Positions 48,936-58,249 of a DNA stretch of 64,000 bases are shown piece by piece. The DNA is taken from the sequence record PZ445437.1, one strand, 5' to 3'. The stretch comes from a phage. Both the position numbers and the translations under genes were made by a program. The notes below the pieces were generated by a model. That model had not been told where the DNA came from. It saw only the letters and a program-made list of their open reading frames with translations, and ran no database searches. The first letter of the stretch is position 1; every line of letters begins with the position of its first letter.

Positions 48936-49093
48936 ATCAATTCCTCAAAGGTAATTCATATGTTAATAATACCACGGTTTGAACTTGTTGTAAACAACTT
49001 TGTGAAAAATATTTCAGGGAATGATAAGAAAGGAACGATAGCTTAGAATGGTAATATACAGAATGTAAGAAAGAAAGGCCCAGAGGGCCCATC

Positions 49094-49417
49094 TTAGTCT
49101 TCTATGATATCTCTATTATATCCAAGTGAAATGAGAGTTTCTTTGAAGTGTTTAATGTTCTTTTGTCTGGAATCATTAATGAAAATGACTGGATAACGAA
49201 TGTTAAGAGATGTGAATCCAGCGCGTTTAGCAAGAGATACAATCAGTTGACGATCATACTCAATCTTACCATTATTAGTAAGAACTTTATAAAAAGTAAA
49301 AGGAACATTGAGCTCCTTTAGAAGTTTTGTAACTGATTGACATCCAGGACAACAACCTACTTCATCTGGAATTCCATAGACTTCAATCTTATTCTTTAAG
49401 TTCGAGTTTTGTTCCAC
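49094..49417 (-). CDS. nrdH: Glutaredoxin/NrdH-like redoxin (CPGC active site)
   Basis: KIEVYGIPDEVGCCPGCQ...VPFTFYKV fits a thioredoxin-fold beta1-CxxC-helix pattern; start tentatively GTG with AAGGA upstream. Confidence 0.5.
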   Translation of the reverse strand: MEQNSNLKNKIEVYGIPDEVGCCPGCQSVTKLLKELNVPFTFYKVLTNNGKIEYDRQLIVSLAKRAGFTSLNIRYPVIFINDSRQKNIKHFKETLISLGYNRDIIED

Positions 49418-49700
49418 GAGAAATAATTCCTTGGTAAGCCCAATAAGGAGGATTAACAGAATCCTCACCAGAGTTTTCTTCAGGAAAATAAACCTGGATA
49501 ACGAAGCCGGATTCATCAAAGGTAAAATAAACCGTAGGCAGTTCACCTAACAAATCGGCACGAGCGTTGATTTCTTCGAGGTCTTGTTCACGTCCAGCCC
49601 AGAAGCTTGGGTTCAGACTACATTCATAGAAATAATAGTCATTACCGAACATATCAAAACCATTCCAACTCTCTACTACATACCGCTCAAAACTAATCAT
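49389..49700 (-). CDS. Hypothetical protein (103 aa)
   Basis: ORF. Confidence 0.45.
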   Translation of the reverse strand: MISFERYVVESWNGFDMFGNDYYFYECSLNPSFWAGREQDLEEINARADLLGELPTVYFTFDESGFVIQVYFPEENSGEDSVNPPYWAYQGIISRGTKLELKE

Positions 49701-49702
49701 AA

Positions 49703-49918
49703 TTAATCCTTTTTATCAAGAACCGCATTCAGCTTGTTAGTAATTTTATCCAGACGCTCATTGAACTCACTAGAAGATAAGCCCTTTTCTGGAGAAATTA
49801 AACTAATCACGAAAAATATAGCAATAAAAGGAATAAGGAAAATAGCTCCAACTGCCATAAACAGAAAGAATGTTACAGTTGTAAGAAAATCAGCTAAACC
49901 TTTACGAAATTTATACAT
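49703..49918 (-). CDS. Small membrane protein (71 aa)
   Basis: Hydrophobic segment TVTFFLFMAVGAIFLIPFIAIFFVISL. Confidence 0.45.
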   Translation of the reverse strand: MYKFRKGLADFLTTVTFFLFMAVGAIFLIPFIAIFFVISLISPEKGLSSSEFNERLDKITNKLNAVLDKKD

Positions 49919-50033
49919 ATTTTACCCTTAATTGATTAACCAAGCATTGATAAGCACTAAACTATATTGCGAATAAAATTCTGGACCAAAATGAAAAATC
50001 ATATCATTTATAGTATCCATAATGTAATTCAAT

Positions 50034-50504
50034 TTAATCATGTGTCCACACCCCATCGGTATTTGACCAAAGTCGCTGATTATCTGATCCTCGCCACAGC
50101 TTTTTAGTCGGAAGATTTTTCTCATACTTCCCATCAATAATAACATCAACATATTTAAGCATTTCTAGTTGTTTAATATCTTCAAACTTATATCCTGTCC
50201 ACAACCAAATGCTTTTATTGGGATAAAGATTTTTAATAGTTTGAACCACAGAGTGAATCACGTCTCTGTTATCAGGATAAAGAGGGTCACCTCCGGTTAT
50301 AGTCAATCCTTCTATATAATCATTATTCAAACATTCAATTAATTGTTCTAGTGTTTCACCAGTGAATGGAACACCATTTCTAGCATTCCATGTTGATTTA
50401 TTATAACACCCTTCGCATTTATGCAAACAACCTGTAACGAAAAGAACTGTCCTGCATCCAGGACCATTAACAAAGCAGCACGGGTATATTCTGTCATAAT
50501 TCAT
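50034..50504 (-). CDS. nrdG: Anaerobic ribonucleotide reductase activase NrdG (radical SAM)
   Basis: 156 aa, the length of T4 NrdG; Cys cluster CLHKCEGC. Confidence 0.88.
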   Translation of the reverse strand: MNYDRIYPCCFVNGPGCRTVLFVTGCLHKCEGCYNKSTWNARNGVPFTGETLEQLIECLNNDYIEGLTITGGDPLYPDNRDVIHSVVQTIKNLYPNKSIWLWTGYKFEDIKQLEMLKYVDVIIDGKYEKNLPTKKLWRGSDNQRLWSNTDGVWTHD

Positions 50505-51333
50505 TTATATATTTCCAATTATAGCCTTCAACACTTTTACGTTCGCCATTTAAACATTTTAAAATATTTCCTTTGCTAGAAATATTAAAATATTTTGCTG
50601 CGTCTGGTATATAATTAAATGTTTTTAAAAGAACACCATCTTTATATGCGCCAAATAAATTAAGAGTATATTTTTCTCGAAGACGCTGATGTTTCCTTTT
50701 CATAACCTCAGGATTTGCATACGCCAACTTCAATGAATTTCTGTGTTTTTCTTTTACTTCAGGTTTTTGCATTGCTAACTTAGTTAGCCTGGAAATTTTA
50801 TTTCTAACTTCGTCAGTTTTCATTGCATTTGACAAATTTAATAAAGTTTTATTTCTAACTTCAGGTTTTTGCATTGCTAGCTTAGTTAGTTCTCTATGTC
50901 TTTTTCTAAAATCGTCATCCTTCCATATATTTTTCGATAATTTTGACATAGAGCGGTGAAATAATTCCTTTTCACTGGAATACAATTTAAAAATTTCATC
51001 CAATTCATCCGCATTAAATCTATCGGTATTCGAGTTTATCATTCTATGAAAGGCATAACACATTTTACTATTGCTTGTTTTAGCTAAATAGTAATGAGCT
51101 AACGCATGGTCATAATATGACAAATTAACAATATTCCATTTATCTGTTTTATATTCAGGAAATATAGATTTGGGAAGCACGTGATGTGCTTCCGTTTTTC
51201 CTTTTATTTTAGGATTATTATAATTTTTTGTTATCAAATCAACATATGACAATAGTAAATCATTATTTTCTTCAAATATTAAAGATAATTTATCATTCAC
51301 AAAATCGCAAGGATAAAATCTATCATAATTCAT
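50494..51333 (-). mobile_element. mobE: HNH homing endonuclease gene (MobE-like) inserted between nrdD and nrdG
   Basis: 279 aa with HNH motif (EAHHVLPKS...NIVNLSYYDHALAH); position matches T4 mobE; first 14 codons nearly duplicate the nrdG 5' end. Confidence 0.7.
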
Positions 51334-53147
51334 TGGTGTTTAACCCTATGCATGATTTCTTTATTTTTACCGAGATTAAATCCGCGTTCGTTCGGATTTC
51401 CCAAATAACCACATGTTCTTCTTATTGTGTTCATCTTTTTAGGATCAGTTTCTCCACAAATAGAACAAACAAATCCGTTTTCAGTAGGAGTCATTTCATG
51501 GGTACTTCCACATGTAAAACATTTATCTACTGGCATATTAACACCAAAATAATCTAAATGTTGTGCAGCATAATCCCATACGGCCTCAAGACCCTTTAAG
51601 TTATTTTTCATATCAGGAAGTTCAACATAAGAAATGTGACCACCTGTCGCAATGAAATGATATGGCGCTTCACGAGAAATCTTTTCAAACGGAGTAATAT
51701 TTTCTTCTACTGAAACGTGGAAACTGTTAGTGTACCAGCCTTTATCGGTAACATCTTTTACACTTCCATATTTTTCTGTATCAAGTTTACAGAAGCGATA
51801 ACAAAGGTTTTCAGCAGGAGTAGAATACAAACTAAAAGCAAACCCAGTTCTTTCAGTCCACTGTTTAAGACGAGCATTCATTTTAGTTAAAATTTCTCGT
51901 CCAATATCACGACCTACAAGAATATTCAATTCGTGAATACCAATGTATCCTAGAGACACTGAACTTCTGCCATTTTTAAATAACTCAATTATATCGTCAT
52001 CAGGTTTAAGACGAACCCCGAATGCACCTTCTTGGTAAAGAATAGGAGCAACAGTTGCTTTAACTCCTTTTAAGGAACTAATTCTACACATCAAAGCTTC
52101 AAAACACAAATCCATTCGCTCATTGAACAATTCGATAAATTTCTGTTCATTGAACTGTGTTCCAATATAAGAATCTAATGCGATACGAGGAAGATTCAGT
52201 GTTACAACACCAAGATTATTACGTCCATCAAGAATTTCATTACCAGTCGAATCTTTCCATACGCTCAAGAAACTACGGCAACCCATCGGAGAAACAGGAA
52301 CAGATGAACCAGTGATAGCTTTATTGTTCTTAGCTGAAATAATATCAGGATACATCCTTTTGCTTGCGCACTCTAGAGCAAGCTGTTTAATATCATAGTT
52401 CGGATCGTCTTTATAAAGATTAACACCTTCTTCAACAAACATAACAAGCTTAGGGAAAATAGGAGTTATCCCATCACGACCAAGACCTTTAATACGATTT
52501 TTCAGAATTGCTTTCTGAATCATTCGTTCAGTCCAGTCAGTTCCCGTACCAAATGTAATTGTTACAAAAGGCGTTTGTCCGTTTGAACTAAAGAGAGTAT
52601 TTACTTCATATTCATAAGCTTGGAATGCATCGTATACATCTTTTTCTGTTTTAGATTGAGCATAATTCAGTGCATCGGCGATTTGCCATTTTTCTGCATC
52701 CTCAATATGTTTTGCATAGGTGCGTTTAACATAAGGAGAAAGTACTTTATCTACATTAGCAAAAGTCGTTCCGCCGTATTGATGGGAAGCAACCTGTGCA
52801 GTAATTTGTGCCATAATTGCAGTAGCAACTCCAATTGATTTAGGAGTTTCAATCTGCGCATTACCAAGCTTAAATCCGTTCTCAAGCATTCCTTTTAAAT
52901 CTACTAAACAGCAATTAGTAAAAGGCAATGATATACTGTAATCTAAATCATGAAAATGAATTAATCCAACATTATGGGCATTTACAATATGACTTGGAAG
53001 AATACGACAAGCGATATGTTTAGAAACAATACCGGCCATTAAATCTCTTTTTGTTGGAAAGACGCGAGAATCTTTGTTGGCGTTTTCTGTATTTAATTCT
53101 TTATCTTTATTTGAAATAAAATTTAAAACATCTTTTTCTAAAGACAT
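51330..53147 (-). CDS. nrdD: Anaerobic ribonucleotide reductase NrdD (glycyl radical enzyme), uninterrupted
   Basis: 605 aa, the length of T4 NrdD; C-terminal glycyl-radical motif RRTCGYLG; no intron. Confidence 0.92.
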   Translation of the reverse strand: MSLEKDVLNFISNKDKELNTENANKDSRVFPTKRDLMAGIVSKHIACRILPSHIVNAHNVGLIHFHDLDYSISLPFTNCCLVDLKGMLENGFKLGNAQIETPKSIGVATAIMAQITAQVASHQYGGTTFANVDKVLSPYVKRTYAKHIEDAEKWQIADALNYAQSKTEKDVYDAFQAYEYEVNTLFSSNGQTPFVTITFGTGTDWTERMIQKAILKNRIKGLGRDGITPIFPKLVMFVEEGVNLYKDDPNYDIKQLALECASKRMYPDIISAKNNKAITGSSVPVSPMGCRSFLSVWKDSTGNEILDGRNNLGVVTLNLPRIALDSYIGTQFNEQKFIELFNERMDLCFEALMCRISSLKGVKATVAPILYQEGAFGVRLKPDDDIIELFKNGRSSVSLGYIGIHELNILVGRDIGREILTKMNARLKQWTERTGFAFSLYSTPAENLCYRFCKLDTEKYGSVKDVTDKGWYTNSFHVSVEENITPFEKISREAPYHFIATGGHISYVELPDMKNNLKGLEAVWDYAAQHLDYFGVNMPVDKCFTCGSTHEMTPTENGFVCSICGETDPKKMNTIRRTCGYLGNPNERGFNLGKNKEIMHRVKHQ

Positions 53148-53959
53148 AATTCTAATTTATCCTTTTGAAATTCTTCGTCTAAATATGGGTTCCAACCCAT
53201 TTTAAACCTTTTGATGAAATTATCAATTCTAAATTTCGGTAAGTTTAAATCCGCAAAAATAGATGATTTACTTTTAAAATCTGGACTTAAATAATCATAT
53301 AAAATTTCTGCGTATTTTAACCATAATATACAAGTACCAGATTTAATTGCTCTCGGAGTTTTCCAAGGTTTTACACCATACATCGGATTTCCGCTTCCTT
53401 TATGCCTGATAGAAGATGAAATTCCAATTTTAATTTTAGCTTCCTTTGTATGCGAAAATCCACGATGTGGATTTTCTTTCCAGTATTTTTTAGAAGCTTC
53501 TGATATTTTCTTTCTGGCTAAATTAGTATGATGCTTTCCATAAAATCCATGATTTTTGCCTTTATTACGATTTCTTTTAATCATGGTTATTGATTGCTTT
53601 TCTCTAGTTTCTTTAGAAGGAGAAATACCATATGTCGTAAATTTGCCATCAGCATATGCTAAATTAAAATACTCTTTATTCCATACATCTTTTTCTATAT
53701 TCTTTTGAAATTCAGCTTCAATGCTAGTTATTTGTTCATCTCCGACTAATTGAAAATATAATATTTCAACTTTCGGCGTTTCTTTCAATAAGGCTTTTTG
53801 AAATTCGGAAGATGACGAAGACGAATAATAAAATTTACCATTTTTATCAATAATATTCGTTCCATCAAAAGTGCAATTGGTTTTACTTCCAATGTAATAA
53901 TATGGTGGGGTTTTAGCATTAATTCTATTAATAAATGATAGTTTATATACTACATTCAT
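53138..53959 (-). mobile_element. GIY-YIG-type homing endonuclease-like gene (Seg-like, 273 aa)
   Basis: N-terminal VYKLSFINRINAKTPPYYYIGSKTN (GIY-YIG-like) and NUMOD-like repeats (GKNHGFYGKHHT, HRGFSHTKEAKIKIG, GSGNPMYG); 3' end overlaps the nrdD start. Confidence 0.55.
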
Positions 53960-54429
53960 TTTAAACTCTTTCTAAGCTGCTTCTTAAATGAAGCTATTAA
54001 TTGTGTTTTAGTGTCAGATTCATTATATTCAAATCCTCTTTGAAGCATCTCAGCCATCATTTCCTCTTTTCCTAAACGAGAAAATTCCTTTGATTTATCT
54101 CCAACGAAGTTAGGGTGAATATTATTTTGGGTGTAATCGGATTTTAAATAAGTAAGTAAATTTTCTAACCATTCAAGATAATCAACTCCTTGTCCCTTTA
54201 AGCCAGAACGATTAAATTTATGCTTCATTTGACCTTCTGCGGCATTGCAGAGATTACAAAGCAATCCACGTACCTTTCCTGCTTTTGGTCCATTTAATTC
54301 ATGGTCATGGTCGAGGTGATTAGCTTGAACATCAGGATTTAGTTCTCGTTGGCAAATTAAGCATTTACCATTTTGTGCATCATAAAATTTCTGTTTTTCT
54401 TCTTTATATAATTTGCCAGTCAATAACAT
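53956..54429 (-). CDS. 49: Endonuclease VII (Holliday junction resolvase) gp49
   Basis: 157 aa, the length of T4 gp49; zinc-binding Cys pairs and HLDHDH motif. Confidence 0.85.
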   Translation of the reverse strand: MLLTGKLYKEEKQKFYDAQNGKCLICQRELNPDVQANHLDHDHELNGPKAGKVRGLLCNLCNAAEGQMKHKFNRSGLKGQGVDYLEWLENLLTYLKSDYTQNNIHPNFVGDKSKEFSRLGKEEMMAEMLQRGFEYNESDTKTQLIASFKKQLRKSLK

Positions 54430-54471
54430 AATAAAACCCTTACCTTAAATAGATAAGGGTATTTATTATTT

Positions 54472-54975
54472 TCAAGTATTGTAAAACATTTGATTCAATC
54501 GCTTATATTGCCGAATCTTTTGGTCAGAAAAAGAAATTTGGGTTTCAAGCCATTCAATATATTCTGCCGCAGCTTGCATCAAATTTCCTTCATAGCCATC
54601 GTTATTTTCTTGTGCAGCTAATTTAGCTAATGCGTATGGAATACGTTCACCTTGAAAATCGGCTTTAGGCTTCTGAACAACTTGATTAGTTCTCTCTACA
54701 ACTTCTTCAATTTCGCCATTTTCTACTGATTCAGTATTCCACAAGCACCAATACGTAATTGGCTTATCGTAGATGTTAATAATCTTTCCGTCGGAAAGTT
54801 CAATTTCAACAATTCCAGTATCAGGTTCTATATCATCTTCACATTCTTTTGCAAGTTCACGAACTTTAAAGACAGTACCTGCGCTAAGTTCCGGCCAGTA
54901 ATTACATAGCCCTGTATCAGCACGATTAATTCTAAACCACTTATCTACTGTAATCATGTCCCATCTCCATATCAA
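54472..54975 (-). CDS. Hypothetical protein (167 aa, pin position)
   Basis: ORF between nrdC and 49. Confidence 0.4.
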   Translation of the reverse strand: MIWRWDMITVDKWFRINRADTGLCNYWPELSAGTVFKVRELAKECEDDIEPDTGIVEIELSDGKIINIYDKPITYWCLWNTESVENGEIEEVVERTNQVVQKPKADFQGERIPYALAKLAAQENNDGYEGNLMQAAAEYIEWLETQISFSDQKIRQYKRLNQMFYNT

Positions 54976-55079
54976 TTAAGTCATTTATCGTTGGTTCATT
55001 ATATACTGTTTCTTCATCAGTGTAAACCGGTTCTTCCGGCTCTGGTTCTACAGTTTCCCATCTAGACGCCCACCAAGGT

Positions 55080-55289
55080 TTAACCCCGAAGCTTATTAAG
55101 TTCTTCATAATCAATCCAGGATTCTAATCCTGATGGCAAATCAGATTCAATTTCCCAAAGAAGTTCTTCAATTTTATGAAGACGATCTAGTTCTTTAGCA
55201 GGAATAGTAACCATTGACGGAGCTCTTGCTACATTAATATCGTAAATCATATTTACCCCAGTTTGACCATACAATCGCCATATTTCCAC
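55080..55289 (-). CDS. Hypothetical protein (69 aa)
   Basis: ORF. Confidence 0.4.
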   Translation of the reverse strand: MEIWRLYGQTGVNMIYDINVARAPSMVTIPAKELDRLHKIEELLWEIESDLPSGLESWIDYEELNKLRG

Positions 55290-55468
55290 TTAGAAATAGA
55301 CTTTTCACCATTAGAATAATAAACTTCAAGTTTAGCACGATTATTTTTAATTTGAATAACCTTTGCTGTCATCAAAGTTCCATACCCATAATAAACTGCA
55401 ACTTCATCACCTACATATACCGCGCTTCCGCGGTAATCGTGAATATAGTCAGTTCCTTCGAGCATCAT
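55253..55468 (-). CDS. Hypothetical protein (71 aa)
   Basis: ORF coupled to nrdC. Confidence 0.4.
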   Translation of the reverse strand: MMLEGTDYIHDYRGSAVYVGDEVAVYYGYGTLMTAKVIQIKNNRAKLEVYYSNGEKSISKWKYGDCMVKLG

Positions 55469-55728
55469 TTAAAATATTCTCGCAGTTGGTCAAATCCACC
55501 AATATGACTTCCATCAGGAGCAAATACCTGGGGCATTGTCAAGCCGATTTGAGTATCACGACCTAGTTTAGTTAGAAGCTCAGCGATTTTCTCATCATCA
55601 AAAACACCTTTTTCCGGCATAATGTTGATAAATTCAAACGGCTGTTTCTTCACGGTCAAAAGACGTTTTGCATTATCACAATACACGCATTTATGAATGT
55701 TGCTATCATAACCATATACTTTAAACAT
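55465..55728 (-). CDS. nrdC: Glutaredoxin/thioredoxin NrdC
   Basis: 87 aa with CVYC active site; MFKVYGYDSNIHKCVYCDNAKRLL... matches my recollection of T4 NrdC. Confidence 0.85.
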   Translation of the reverse strand: MFKVYGYDSNIHKCVYCDNAKRLLTVKKQPFEFINIMPEKGVFDDEKIAELLTKLGRDTQIGLTMPQVFAPDGSHIGGFDQLREYFK

Positions 55729-55729
55729 A

Positions 55730-55987
55730 TTATTCCTTAATTCCTAGTACTTGTTTAAAAGTCTCGTCGTAATCAAGACTTTGGCCCGTTTGTTCTTTAT
55801 GTTTGTATATAATATCACTTACTTCTAATAGCATATTTTTATATGAACGAGTTAAAGCAGATTTAAGCACGCTGTATTTATCAGGAAATTTACCATGTTC
55901 ATTATAATAAGCTATTGCTAATTCACGGACTGCCTTTTCAGCAGTCTCCATATATTCTTTACGCTTGGCCATTTTCTTCTCTCTCAA
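55730..55987 (-). CDS. Hypothetical protein (85 aa)
   Basis: ORF. Confidence 0.45.
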   Translation of the reverse strand: MREKKMAKRKEYMETAEKAVRELAIAYYNEHGKFPDKYSVLKSALTRSYKNMLLEVSDIIYKHKEQTGQSLDYDETFKQVLGIKE

Positions 55988-56276
55988 ATCGGTGTTTGCA
56001 ATGACGGCATTTATAACGAAGAATACTAGTCTGCCAATGAACTAATTGTACCTGTTCAGTACCACATTTTGGGCAGTTCGGAACATTCTTAGAAGCCCTT
56101 TCGCGACGTTCAACCATAACCATAATGGCATCCAAAGCAGGAGGTTTAAAGTCTAAATCGTCACAACCATGAATCTTTCCACGCATTTCCAGATCGTCTT
56201 CTTCACCAGTCATAATAATTTTAATTAGACTAGAATTACTTGAAGCTGCAATGTCTTCTAATAGACGCTTTTTCAT
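55959..56276 (-). CDS. Zinc-ribbon protein (105 aa)
   Basis: CPKCG...CRHC four-Cys ribbon. Confidence 0.45.
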   Translation of the reverse strand: MKKRLLEDIAASSNSSLIKIIMTGEEDDLEMRGKIHGCDDLDFKPPALDAIMVMVERRERASKNVPNCPKCGTEQVQLVHWQTSILRYKCRHCKHRFEREENGQA

Positions 56277-57202
56277 TTCAATACCTCAATAGCATTACGT
56301 AAACCATTTGCTTTTGCATTAAGAGCTTTTAACAGTTTGGTGTGTTCGGCAATCTGGGCTTCAACTTCAATCAAACGAGCATTGAGATATTCACGTTCTT
56401 CGCTCAGGTTATCAACCTTTTCTACTTTAGGTTCTTTTACAACTTGCTTATATGTATTAGGGTTCTTCAGTTTAATTAGAATGCGTGAACTGTACAGCAT
56501 TGAACCATTATCTTCGGTTTCGTCATACATTTCCACTACGTCCATCATCTCCACCATCGTGCAGAGTTTATAAGACAACGAACGAATAATTTTGTTGTGC
56601 TTATTAATTTCTCTAGCTGTCATGGTGCCGAGATTACGTGAGTAATAATAAGGAACCTGGATATTAATTAATACTGATAAACCACCTGGCTTGTGTGTTA
56701 CTTCATCAGCAATAACCCAATCCTTAACATGAACTGTATTTGTACGGTCATCGCCCGCGGTAAATAGTTTACGAGCATGCTTAAAAAGCATATTCACTTG
56801 GGTATTGAATTGACAAGCGAATTTATCAGCAAATTTAGTTTCGGGAATGGTAGATAACCAATCAGCTAAATGGGTCTTTTTAACATCGTTAACAATAGTA
56901 AATTCAACCAAATCGGTTATAGATGTCTCAGATTTAATGAAGCTCGGCTTCATAAAGTTTTTAATGTTATCACTAGCTACAGTAGAAGATAACAGACGAG
57001 AACGTTTAAACCATTGAAGCAAATTGCCTAACGAATGAGAATAAGCGTTTTGAGTATCTTTACAGATATGATTTTCCTGACCAACATATTGAAGGAAATC
57101 ACGAAGAATATTATTGATTACTGCTCTGTGCCCGATCTGATAATTACGGTGTTTAGTAATAAGACTGTCAAAATAATCAATATAATGTTTACGAGTTTTC
57201 AT
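56273..57202 (-). CDS. Hypothetical protein (309 aa) with C-terminal coiled coil
   Basis: Long ORF; no catalytic motif recognised. Confidence 0.5.
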   Translation of the reverse strand: MKTRKHYIDYFDSLITKHRNYQIGHRAVINNILRDFLQYVGQENHICKDTQNAYSHSLGNLLQWFKRSRLLSSTVASDNIKNFMKPSFIKSETSITDLVEFTIVNDVKKTHLADWLSTIPETKFADKFACQFNTQVNMLFKHARKLFTAGDDRTNTVHVKDWVIADEVTHKPGGLSVLINIQVPYYYSRNLGTMTAREINKHNKIIRSLSYKLCTMVEMMDVVEMYDETEDNGSMLYSSRILIKLKNPNTYKQVVKEPKVEKVDNLSEEREYLNARLIEVEAQIAEHTKLLKALNAKANGLRNAIEVLK

Positions 57203-57257
57203 ATTCTTCTCACTTGGTTAATGGTTTATACTCCGAGCCATCCTTGGTATAAAGCGG

Positions 57258-57785
57258 TTATGCGAGTACCGTCTTTAACCGTTCTTCAAACTTCCGAAGA
57301 GTATTCTGGCGTTCAGCTCTTTGCTTTTTGTAAGTTTCAATACGCTCTGAAATGAGAGTGTATCGTTCATTTACTGATTCTTTCATAAAATCAGGAATTT
57401 CACGAGAAGCTTTAATCTCATCAAATTTATCAATAACAGCTTGCTCTTCAGCAATTAAGTTATCATACATCAAAATATCTTTCTTGATGAACTCAATATC
57501 TTCTTGAGTTACACGAGATAATTTAGATGCTTTATCCTTTTTGTACTGTTCGTTAGTATCACGAGACCAGTGTAATGTACGATTTTTATTCGTATTCTTG
57601 TAAATTTCTACAATACCAATCTCATCGATAATAACGATCCAATTCCAACGAGATTTGTAAATTTGTCCTCCGTCAACCGTGATTTCACCTCCGATTGAGA
57701 TGTCATTAAAGAACTTGCTTTGTGCTTCTGATTTAAATTTACCATCGTTGTAATTTACCAGGTTGAAAATATCTTTAGCGTTCAT
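57258..57785 (-). CDS. Hypothetical protein (175 aa)
   Basis: ORF with GGAGGA SD downstream of a promoter cassette. Confidence 0.5.
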   Translation of the reverse strand: MNAKDIFNLVNYNDGKFKSEAQSKFFNDISIGGEITVDGGQIYKSRWNWIVIIDEIGIVEIYKNTNKNRTLHWSRDTNEQYKKDKASKLSRVTQEDIEFIKKDILMYDNLIAEEQAVIDKFDEIKASREIPDFMKESVNERYTLISERIETYKKQRAERQNTLRKFEERLKTVLA

Positions 57786-57813
57786 TTTGTGTTCCTCCGT
57801 AGTTGATAGTTGT

Positions 57814-57843
57814 ATAGTACCACAAAGGAACAGTCTTGTAAAC
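57814..57843 (-). promoter_or_regulatory. T4-type early promoter cassette
   Basis: Near-identical copy of the 34064..34093 cassette (GTTTAC, 18 nt, TACTAT, conserved leader). Confidence 0.55.
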
Positions 57844-57845
57844 CA

Positions 57846-58160
57846 CTAAAAGAAACTTCTTTCACAATTTTTTCCACTGAACCACGCGCTCACCGCTTTC
57901 TTAGTCTCAGGAGCAGTGTTATCCATAAACCATTCAAAGGCAGCCTTTTTATGATTCTGGAGGGCTTCTCGGGCTTTAATCTGCTCACGGTCTATTAACA
58001 CTAACATATGAGCCTTTCTTGTCACCATGGGCTTCTTATGATTTTTTGAATACTCCCAATCATTTGTCCATCGCATCGTTGTTGCGAACTGAAATACTGC
58101 TTCTTTAATTTTAGTTTCGTAAATTTCACGAGCCTTTGAGTATAACATCACTACCTCCAT
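57846..58160 (-). CDS. Hypothetical protein (104 aa)
   Basis: ORF. Confidence 0.45.
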   Translation of the reverse strand: MEVVMLYSKAREIYETKIKEAVFQFATTMRWTNDWEYSKNHKKPMVTRKAHMLVLIDREQIKAREALQNHKKAAFEWFMDNTAPETKKAVSAWFSGKNCERSFF

Positions 58161-58249
58161 TTACCAGTTTAATTCTAGTCATCTTTTTGATGGCAGTCCA
58201 TATAATCTATTTCTGAACTGCCTTTTTGTCATAGAAGGCCTCTTATGAA

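Noticed and set aside
51330-53147. Group I intron in nrdD
   Set aside because: The ORF is continuous over 605 codons with the glycyl-radical motif near the C-terminus; no intron is present.
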